A stretch of 58,361 nucleotides of DNA from Vicugna vicugna. Taxonomy: Eukaryota. This document shows, piece after piece, positions 49,761-58,361 of this stretch. The notes under the pieces were generated by a model. It was not told where the DNA came from. It saw only the letters and a program-made list of their open reading frames with translations, and ran no database searches. The translations under genes and the position numbers were made by a program. Numbering within the stretch: the stretch's first letter is position 1; each line of letters starts with the position of its first letter. The stretch lies in assembly GCA_013265495.1 (NCBI GenBank), contig MU058065.1, positions 9,279,819 through 9,338,179 on the forward strand, in the 5' to 3' direction.

Positions 49761-49938
49761 TTTATTTTGAAATTTTTATAAAACAATTTGAAATAACTTC
49801 AAAAGAAATGGCCAGGTTTTCCAGGAATAATAAATAATTATCCCACCGTGAAATACTTATATATGATATTTGTAAAATATGGACAGATACATGCATAGGC
49901 AACAGAGTTTAAAACCTAAAATCTGTGTGATCTTTTAG

Positions 49939-50139
49939 GTGTATCAAGCCGAATGATAAAAAAGCAGCACACATCTTCAACGAGGCTCTAGTATGTCATC
50001 AGATCAGGTACCTGGGTCTTTTGGAGAACGTCCGTGTGAGGAGGGCGGGCTACGCCTTCAGGCAGGCCTATGAACCTTGCCTAGAAAGATATAAAATGCT
50101 TTGTAAACAAACATGGCCTCATTGGAAAGGACCAGCAAG
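49939..50139 (+). CDS. MYO1B: MYO1B exon (~exon 18), 201 nt
   Basis: ttttag|GTGTATCAAG...GCAAG|gtaaga; [66 protein letters not shown](R). Confidence 0.95.
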
Positions 50140-51740
50140 GTAAGACATTCATTGATCATATTTAATAATAAGTTTTAAAGTATATAGATACCGTGTTGTG
50201 TTCTTCACATGCAAAACAATTCTATGAAAGGTTGGGTGTAGCCTCTGTTTTGGTCCATCTTCCATCAGATGTGTTTTTATTTGATGCTAATTCTTATTAA
50301 TAATAAAAGTCTTGGTTTTCTTTAAGGTCAAAACAGAGCTTATCAAATCCACATTTAGAACTAGTATATCAATAGAACTTTTAAAATATGCTGTGGCAAA
50401 TTAGCAGGAGGGGAATTTTGTAATTGGTAAGTGTATTTGTGTAGAATCCTAGAAGGGTAGAGTTAGAGGCATCTTGGATCACTGCTCGCAGCTTTTCTGG
50501 GGTTTTTTCTGGAGAATTAACTCCAGAGAAAGTAAGTGGGTGGGAGTGGGGGTCCCAGTCTTTGTCCATGTCTGCACCAGTGGAGAAATGGAGGTCACAG
50601 TGTCGGTGTAATTGCGAGTAAAGCTGGATTGGAGAATATGGCAGAACTCAGGGCCTTATGGCTGTTAGCTCACCTGCCTCGAATTGCACTCACCCACCCA
50701 GTCCCAGACAGCACTGGACCACTGCAGACCCATCCAGTGCAGCCCCTGAGATCCCCCACATGCAGAGAAGCTGTATGCTGGCAAGTGGGGGCTGCAGGCG
50801 AGGACTCTGGCTGGCCTGCGCAGTGACCTTTCTTCTGCTCTCACCAGTCACAGAAGTGGCCCTTCCTTAGAAGCTCGCCCCAACCACTGCAGAAGGGCTG
50901 ACGTGCCCGTCTTGTGGGGGTTTTCATTCTGCTATACTAGTGTTGCCTCCAGGTTGTCACTGGACCTGGCCTTTCCCAGGGGCATCAGTAGGATTAGACA
51001 CTCACCCTCTATTACAAGAAAAGAAACTCCACACATACGATGTTGTCTCTGGTGCATAATTCAACCTCCAGATAATGTAGGATGTGAGTACTGTTTCATT
51101 TCCCACTGCTGATCTCCAGAGTATTATGGTCAACATCTGCCATAATACACAGAACATGTATTCACTCCCTGCCTGGCATCTAGTCCACAAGTTGGTGGGG
51201 CAGAGTTTAGTATTAAAGACTGTTAAATCCAGTGTCCAGGATGGAAAGGTCACAGCCAAGTCCAGGCCTTGCTCCCACCCCGTAAGACCTTCATTGTGTT
51301 GTATGCAGTGGGTCTGGCACTTAGCACTTTTGGGCCCTGCCTACAATCTGAGCAACAGGAGCAATGTTTAAAATGTTTTCAAGAATTAACTGAAAGGGGT
51401 TCAAAATAGACTTGAGTTTCTTGCATATCCCCTGGCCCCGGTTGGTGCATTGATACAAGTATTGCCTCTGCTAATGAAATCAAGAAATTGACTTTAATAC
51501 CATATTTTCTTAGAATTCATAGTTCTGAACCGAGAACACTTTTTAGCATTGACTGGATTTGGTTTAATTTGTGGAGTTCAGTCTGAAAATTCTTTGATTG
51601 AAGGATGCTTACTGAAAGAACAGTTGTACTTGGAAATGAAGCTTTTTTTTTTAAATACTGCTGAAAACCTAATATGATTTAAGATGAGATAACCTATTTT
51701 TGTAACTCAGGAAATTTACTGTTTTTATTTATTTTTATAG

Positions 51741-51834
51741 AGCTGGTGTGGAGGTTTTGTTTAACGAATTAGAGATTCCTGTGGAAGAATACTCCTTCGG
51801 TAGATCAAAGATATTCATTCGAAACCCAAGAACA
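51741..51834 (+). CDS. MYO1B: MYO1B exon (~exon 19), 94 nt, converter
   Basis: ttatag|AGCTGGTGTG...AGAACA|gtatgt; AGVEVLFNELEIPVEEYSFGRSKIFIRNPRT. Confidence 0.95.
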
Positions 51835-52296
51835 GTATGTAATCAAAACCTTACACTCTGAATTTATGTTATAATCATATAGGCAAGTTCCCAAAGGATG
51901 TTTAGCTTTATAATATCACCCAAGTTGCTACCAAGAATGCCACATTATTGTGTTTTTCTGCAAATGTCCAAGAGGATGGATTAGTAAGAGTTAATGGAAG
52001 AACGTGTATTTTTTTTATAAAACATCAAAAGTTTTGAGCTGATAGATTGTATAGCATTTAAGAAATCATAAAGAAACTGGTACTGCAATAGTAAAACCTC
52101 CCCAATTCATAAAAATTAGAGGTAAATTCTGTCTGTATTTGTAATATGTGAATTATATAGTAATTTTAGGAAAGATAACCCTACATAAGAGGTACGTGAA
52201 GGCACCCAAATTAAAAAAATGTTTTAAGTTAAAAAGAACACTTAAAATTCTATTTAGTAAAAACTCCAAGGGAGCCTTTTAAAAAGTGAATAGATT

Positions 52297-52511
52297 TCAA
52301 AATTGTAGAATAGATAAACAAGATTATACTGTATAGCACAGGGAAATATATACAAGATCTTATGGTAGCTCACAGAAAAAAAAATGTGACTATATATATA
52401 TATGTTCATGTATAACTGAAAAATTGTGCTCTACACTGGAATTTGACACAACATTATGAAATGATTATAAATCAATAAAAAATGTTAAAAAAAAAAGAAA
52501 ACCTTCAAAAA
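52297..52511 (+). mobile_element. 5'-truncated lineage-specific L1 with 16-bp TSD
   Basis: TSD aaaaagtgaatagatt at 52281-52296 and 52512-52527; body gataaacaagattatactgtatagcacagggaaatatatacaagatc...aataaa followed by an A tail. Confidence 0.88.
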
Positions 52512-52829
52512 AAAAAGTGAATAGATTAGCATGAAGTATAATTAACATAGCAGTTTATCGGTCATTTGGAGAATTTGGGAAGTGTTTAAATTGAGAGAAC
52601 CCTTGCCAGCATTCTGTTAATAATTCCATCCTCAGAGATAGTGTGAAGGCACGTCTAGAGCTCAGTCCAGCCGTTACATGATTTGTCATAAGTTCTAAAG
52701 CACCATCATCTAAATTGTGTATCTTGTGGTTCACTCCGACATCGTGACATTTTATTTCCTGAAAATGGCTTTCATGTATGCCGTGAGTCTTTTGATGGGT
52801 TTTTGATAAATCTATCTATTATTTATTAG

Positions 52830-52979
52830 TTATTCAAATTAGAAGACCTGAGGAAGCAGCGTCTTGAGGACCTGGCTACTCTCATTCAGAAGATTTATCG
52901 GGGTTGGAGGTGCCGCACACACTTCCTACTCATGAGGAAGAGCCAGACCGTGATTGCTGCCTGGTACAGGAGATACGCG
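52830..52979 (+). CDS. MYO1B: MYO1B exon (~exon 20), 150 nt, IQ1 and IQ2
   Basis: tattag|TTATTCAAA...TACGCG|gtgaga; LFKLEDLRKQRLEDLATLIQKIYRGWRCRTHFLLMRKSQTVIAAWYRRYA. Confidence 0.95.
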
Positions 52980-53069
52980 GTGAGAGTCCTGGCGTGTTTG
53001 GTCTGTAACAACGAACTTATTGGCAACCATTTGTTACGTACTTAACTATGTAGGTGATTTTTTTTTTTT

Positions 53070-53225
53070 TACACATTTAATCCTCCTAGTGACCTTATGA
53101 AATGGGTGCTCTTCTGGTCCCTTTTTTAAAGATGAGAAAGCTAAGACATTGATCTGTTAAGTAACAGCTACTAAGTGGCAGAGAAGGGGTTTGAATCCAG
53201 GACAACTTCAAAGCCCAAGTTTGGT
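53070..53225 (-). mobile_element. MIR SINE
   Basis: catttaatcctc...aaagatgagaaagctaagac...cagctactaagtggcagag...tttgaatccagg. Confidence 0.7.
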
Positions 53226-54239
53226 TTATCACACTGTCTTCCGTTGATACAGAGATCTGTAGCGGGAAACCTACACCTTGAATTTGGTGATCAGATTGGA
53301 AGAGTTAATGTCATTTAACCCTTTGAGTATGATAGGGTCAGTTTTCCAAAATAATTGGCTCTTCTCCATTTATTGTAGGACACTGGGAATGGCTTTAATT
53401 CTAGAGAGCTAATGCCACATTTTAGTAGAATTTTGTGTTTGGGTGAAAAGTTGGATTTCCGTTAGTCCTCAATCTAGACCTTTGGGAAAGGACCCCAAAA
53501 TAAAGGAAGGTTAATTGATAGAGAATTTCTTTTTGGAATTTTCTTCCTCACTCGATTAGAGATGTTTCATTGGAGGCATAACAGGTTTGAGGAGAACCTG
53601 AAGGTTTGCCTGTAGGCTGGCTTGAACTTGGCATTATGTTCTTGCAAAATGAATTTTAGTGATAAGAGCACTGCTTCCAAATGCTTTTTCGTTCTATGCT
53701 TTTTCACTAGAGAGTGAGTTGGAAAAGGAATTAAAATTGCAATCAAATCTCCGTTAGGGTATTCTTCCTCTTTTTCAACTGTAGAGGAATTTTGCTGTAA
53801 GGGAGTGTATAATCAGAGCATAATTTATGCTGACCTATTCTCATGTAATACATTTTAGCATATAATTTCCAAGTTTTAGAAATTAATGAGTTACTTGAAT
53901 GATTAACTAAAGAAAAATTGCCTGATCTTTAAAAGAGTTATCTTTAAAATTTCTTCCTCTAGTCAAAAAAATATAACCAACAATACAAGTGTTAAAATTT
54001 GATACATTCATTCATATGTATTCTGCAAGTGCCTGGAGGACTTTGCCCCCAACCTGGCTGCACAGAGCCCTGGTGCTTTGCCTGCCTGCAGATTCATGAT
54101 GCTCTGTTTTCTGTTTTCCTGAGAAAGGGGGGACCAAGAAATAGCCAGTCCTCAAGGGACCCTTTTCATTATTTCTTATTTTGAGATCATTAAGAAAATC
54201 CAAGTTTGGAAGGATTCTGATTTAATCTGTCTTGAATTC

Positions 54240-54500
54240 TGCAGATAGTTTTGAAACACCTCCTCTGCCAGACTCTGGGGATAGCAAGCTGAACCAAACA
54301 ACCTGATTCCTGTCCTCAGAGAGTTTATATCTAGTGAAGGACGATATGCATTTAAGCAAGTGAATAATCAGAACGATGACAGATTGTACTAAGTGCTAGG
54401 AAGCAAATGGAGAACAGAGATAAAGAGGAGTGGGGAGACAGGATATAACGCTAGATAGGACGGTCAAGGAAGGTCTCCTGGAAGGAGTCATTTCTCAGAA
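54240..54500 (-). mobile_element. L2 3' fragment
   Basis: cctcctctgccagactctggggatagca...cctgtcctcagagagtttatatctagt...ggtcaaggaaggtctc. Confidence 0.6.
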
Positions 54501-54714
54501 GAATGAGAAGAAACAGGCAGGGAACCAAGATTAGTAGGTGTTATTTACATCCCCCCCGCCCCCCGCAGTATAGAGCTTTTGTGTCTCCAGATATTAAAAA
54601 AGGCACCATATGTATCATTCATTCATGATGCTGGGAGTTAGAGTGAAAACCAGTAACAGCCCAGTCTTTAGAGAAAGTATCAACTGTGCTCTGGCGTCAT
54701 CTCTGTGTAAGCTG

Positions 54715-55025
54715 CAGGCATACCTGAGAGACATTGTGGGTTTGGTTCCACACTGCTCCAGTAAAGCAAATACCACCATAAAGCGAGTCACATGGATTTG
54801 TTTGTTTCCCAGTGCACATAAAAGTTAATGTTTCCACTATACTATAGTCTGTTAGGTGTGCAATAACACTTTGTCTAAACAAAACAGTGTACATATCTTA
54901 ATTAAAATATACTTTATTGGCTAAAACATGCTAACCATAATTTAACAGTGCAAGGTTGCCACAAACCTGCAGTTTGTAAAAAAAACGGAATTACCTGCAA
55001 AGTGCAATAAAACAAGGTATGCTTG
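54715..55025 (-). mobile_element. internally deleted Tigger1 (MITE-like) with both TIRs
   Basis: caggcatacct ... aggtatgcttg inverted ends, flanked by tg/ta; both halves match the recalled Tigger1 termini. Confidence 0.85.
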
Positions 55026-56458
55026 TAAATGTCTCAACCAGTGAACTATGTGTTATCCAAGCCAGTGATTTTGCCTTGACCAAATAACTCAAAAGATTTT
55101 CTGAATGTCCATTTTCAGTTACTGATAATGTTAAAGTCCATACTCTGTGATATTTCATGACTCTTTGAGATGAATTCTAAAGTGACATAGTTATTTTCAA
55201 GCCACACAGGAATTTTAAAAGGAAAACATTGAGGTCTCAAATGGATGTCAGAAGTGATGGTCAGATGTTGTAGGTATAATTTGGTCCCTACAGCCGTGGA
55301 ATATCAATCCCTGTGGAACCTTAGAGGTTCAACTGATGTGGAAACTGAGGCTGAAAGAAGGTAGTGACTTGTCCATGGTCCCAGGTTCTCTTTGCCTATG
55401 TCTCTGGCATCCTCTTTTGTTCTGCTGCTCATATGTTTCTGACGTCACCTTCCATTTCCTCTGATCGTCTAAAATGTAGCCCAGGGTCCTGGAGGCCCTG
55501 ATCCCCTCAGAGAAGGGGAGCCGGGCAGGCCACCATCTCCAGAGTCAAAGACACACAGCACAGCTTCAGGACTTTGTTTGCAAAGCTGTGGAATTTCATC
55601 TCAGATGCTCATGTTGTAGTGAATATTCTTCCCTAAGTACAATAAGAAATCACTTGTCTAGGGCTAGTGTTCCAGCAGGCTCCACTCTCCAAGGCATCAG
55701 CCCTGGAAGTAAGGAGGGCCTCTGGGCATTGAGCTTACTGACTCTTGGCCCCAAGCGTCACGGGATCTTTCCAAACCTTTCCTACCTAGAAGTAACCTCT
55801 GCTGCATCTGAACCTGCCTGCTGTGCTCTCATTTTCCCCAGGACACTATTTTTCTTTTCTATTCCTGGCTGGTCCCCTCTGCGAGCCCTTGAATTCAGGG
55901 ATGGAGTTGGATTCACACTTACATCCTCATAGTTCCATCGAAGGGCTGGATGCAGAGTTGGAGCTCAGTAAATAAAGTTTAGTTGATTGGTAGAAGTTTA
56001 CTAAAATTTGTTAGCTGATTTCCCAGCTTGAGGCAGGGTGAAAGCAGCAAACCTAAAAGGAACTGGGGGTGTTAGAGGCTGACTCAGTAAGCAGCATCAG
56101 AATGCTCGGATGCAGACGCGGAGCTCAGTGTGTCTCCATGTTCAGTGTGTTTATCGGGTGTCTGCTGTGTGTTCCAACTCTGTATTATAGCAGCATGATG
56201 CAAAGAACAGATGTTAATCATGGTGGATCCTGAGTTACATAGAAACCATTCAATTATGTTTTCTATCCTTGAAGCAAACTTGAGATTAACTGTAATAACT
56301 TTGGATTGTTGGACAGTTTGATTTCCATACTTCTTGGTTCCCAGAAGGAATACGGGTGATCTTGAGTTCGCTGCACTAAGTGAGCAAGTCTGCTCTCTGT
56401 GAATGTGTATTTGGGTGTGTAAACAGAACGGCTAATATCTTCCCCTTTCATCCTACAG

Positions 56459-56527
56459 CAACAAAAGAGGTATCAACAGATAAAGAGCTCTGCCTTGGTA
56501 ATTCAGTCTTACATACGGGGTTGGAAG
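56459..56527 (+). CDS. MYO1B: MYO1B exon (~exon 21), 69 nt, IQ3
   Basis: ctacag|CAACAAAAG...TGGAAG|gtgagt; QQKRYQQIKSSALVIQSYIRGWK. Confidence 0.95.
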
Positions 56528-57022
56528 GTGAGTTTAAAAGAAGTAACCCTTATTTATCTGGGGTTTCCATGTTCTTTACAAAGGATAATGTCTTTGGGCT
56601 CACCCTGCAGGGGAGGGCTCCTGGTCTCCCGCCTACCCTGTAAACAGTCAAATGGAAGGAATAAATATTATGGGCCAAGCTGGGGCCCTTGACCATGTCT
56701 TGGCTGCTTCCTGCTTTCTTTTCAAAAGCTTTGTTCTCTGAGCAGGAAGTCCTTGAAGTAATACCGTACATAATTTCAGTATCCTCTTGCCCTGTTTTTG
56801 AGGGAAGCTGTAGTCCAAGGGGCCATTTCTTACTGTTGCCTCCATACCTGTGAGTCCTGCCAGACCTCAGCTCCCCAGCCCAACAGTGCCTTCTGTAACT
56901 TCCCCGTGACCCTCTTGCAGGCTGCCCCATAATGATCGAATGATCTGAAGCTCTAACTGTCCTAGCGGGGGTCACAGTGCGCACACTACCTGGTTCCAGG
57001 TCCTTCCTGCCAAGGCTTGGAT

Positions 57023-57215
57023 CAGGGTCAGCAAACTACAGCCCATGGGCCAAATCTAACCTACTGCCTGTACAACCTGAGAGCTAAGAATGGTTTATAT
57101 TTTTTAAAGCATTGTTAAATTTTAAAAAAAGAGGAATATTTTGTGACATAAAAATTATACAAAATACAAATTTTATATAAATATATACGTACATGAAATA
57201 CAAAGTTCATAGAAA
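57023..57215. mobile_element. MER58-like hAT fragment
   Basis: cagggtcagcaaactacagcccatgggccaaatct...gagctaagaatggttt. Confidence 0.75.
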
Positions 57216-57329
57216 TAGTTTTTTCTTTTAAAAATTTTTTATTGAATGAAAGATTTTTAAAATGCTATAGTGCTTTACAGTTTTCAAAAGTTTCACGCAT
57301 ATGATTTCATACAATCCCATAATAACACT

Positions 57330-58075
57330 TGTTTTATCCCCTACTGCTGTTGCACTTTCCCCCTTCCCTTTCTGTGCTGGTAATCTAGTTTGTCCTCTAT
57401 ATCTGTGAGTCTATTTCTTTTCTGTTTTATTCACTAATTTATTGTATTTTTTAGATTATTCCACGTATAAGTGATACTGCATTTGTCTTTCTCTGTCTGA
57501 CTTATTTCACTTAGCATAATGCCTGCCCTTCAAGTCCATTCATATTGTTGCAGATGGCAAAACTTCATTCTTTTTTATGACTGAGTAATATTCCACACAT
57601 ATACATATACACACACCACATCTTCCATAACCATTCATAATGCCTGCCCTTCAAGTCCATTCATATTGTTGCAGATGGCAAAACTTCATTCTTTTTTATG
57701 ACTGAGTAATATTCCACACATATACATATACACACACCACATCTTCCTTAACCATTCATTTGTTGATGGACACTTAGGTTGTTTCCATATGTTGGCAACT
57801 ATAAATAATGCCACCATGAACATTAGGTTGCCTATATCTTTTTGAGTTTTTTTTGTATATCCAGGTGTGGAATTGCTAGGTCATATGGTAGTTCTATTTT
57901 TACTTTTTTGAGAAACCTCCATACTGTTTTCCACAATGTCTGCACCAATTTACATTCCCAACTGATAGCTGTGGTATCTCACTGAGGTTTTGATTTGCAT
58001 TCTTCTGATGATAGTGCTGTTGAGTTTCTTTTCATGTGCCCGGTGGCTGTCTGCATTTCCTCGTTGGAAAAATTA
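57330..58075 (-). mobile_element. L1 3' portion containing a 121-bp tandem duplication
   Basis: tttgtctttctctgtctgacttatttcacttagcataat...gatggacacttaggttgtttcc...tttttgagaaacctccatactgttttccaca. Confidence 0.88.
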
Positions 58076-58089
58076 ATCCACTCCACAGA

Positions 58090-58235
58090 NNNNNNNNNNN
58101 NNNNNNNNNNNNNNNNNNNNNNNNNNNNNNNNNNNNNNNNNNNNNNNNNNNNNNNNNNNNNNNNNNNNNNNNNNNNNNNNNNNNNNNNNNNNNNNNNNNN
58201 NNNNNNNNNNNNNNNNNNNNNNNNNNNNNNNNNNN
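58090..58235. other. assembly gap (146 N)
   Basis: run of N. Confidence 1.
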
Positions 58236-58350
58236 TTTACTACAACAGTAATCAAAACAGTACAGTCATGGTACTAGATGAATGGAACAGAATCGAGAGA
58301 CCAGAAATAAACCCACGCACTATGGTCAATTAATCTGTGACAAAGGAGGT
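58236..58350 (+). mobile_element. L1 ORF2 fragment
   Basis: cagtaatcaaaacagt...gaatggaacagaatcgagagaccagaaataaacccacgc...tatggtcaattaatctgtgacaaaggagg (WNRIERPEINP, L1 ORF2-like). Confidence 0.85.
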
Positions 58351-58361
58351 AACTAAACTAT

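Larger units (their letters stand above)
2487..56527 (+). other. MYO1B: MYO1B gene body (partial): 17 internal coding exons encoding most of the myosin-I motor domain and IQ1-IQ3
   Basis: The manually spliced exons give one continuous ORF matching recalled mammalian myosin-Ib ([54 protein letters not shown]...[27 protein letters not shown]...IQSYIRGWK). All introns are GT-AG and phases are consistent. Confidence 0.97.

Noticed and set aside
46531..49945. Exons 17 and 18 also begin with GT
   Set aside because: GTGCTG and GTGTAT are poor donor matches, unlike GTAAGC at exon 9.
50500..51120. GC-richer block with a short palindrome (tctggag-aattaa-ctccaga), possibly an old LTR or ncRNA
   Set aside because: I cannot assign a family and a 7-bp stem is not significant; it needs RepeatMasker/Infernal.
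3950..56090. Scattered AP-1 TGA(C/G)TCA motifs
   Set aside because: The number seen is of the order expected by chance for a 7-mer in 58 kb; only weak support for any one site.
56550..56984. 144-aa minus-strand ORF and the other 60-130 aa intronic ORFs
   Set aside because: No recognisable domain, many with non-ATG starts or repeat-derived; the lengths are those expected by chance.
57995..58333. ORFs spanning poly-X
   Set aside because: Artefacts of translating through the N gap.
1..58361. A novel multi-gene, defence or CRISPR-like system
   Set aside because: The sequence is accounted for by MYO1B exons, introns and mammalian repeats. There are no regularly spaced direct repeats, no operon structure and no long unexplained ORFs.

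Overview
Mammalian genomic DNA, most likely a camelid judging by five Vic-1-like tRNA-derived SINEs. The whole window lies inside the unconventional myosin gene MYO1B on the + strand. I resolve 17 consecutive internal coding exons (approximately exons 5-21 by recalled human numbering, 1949 nt in total). All have AG/GT boundaries and compatible phases, and they splice into one open frame running from just after the P-loop (EASKLVMSY...) through switch I, switch II and the rest of the motor domain into IQ motifs 1-3 (...IQSYIRGWK). The start, the P-loop exon and the tail exons lie outside the window. The introns carry ordinary eutherian repeats (L1, L2, MIR, MLT1, MER5A, MER20, MER58, a deleted Tigger1) plus lineage-specific SINE and L1 insertions, and there is a 146-N assembly gap near the 3' end. 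I find no credible novel gene system, prokaryotic element or CRISPR. The most interesting leads are: a recursive-splice-like AG|GTAAGC start to exon 9 with a U1-like ACTTACC just upstream, a CpG/GC3-rich patch at exons 10-11, a candidate SINE-derived poison exon, an L1 with a perfect TSD and double A-tail, and a near-perfect 121-bp duplication plus an L1 orientation switch around the gap. Repeat family names come from recalled consensus sequences and their boundaries are approximate.
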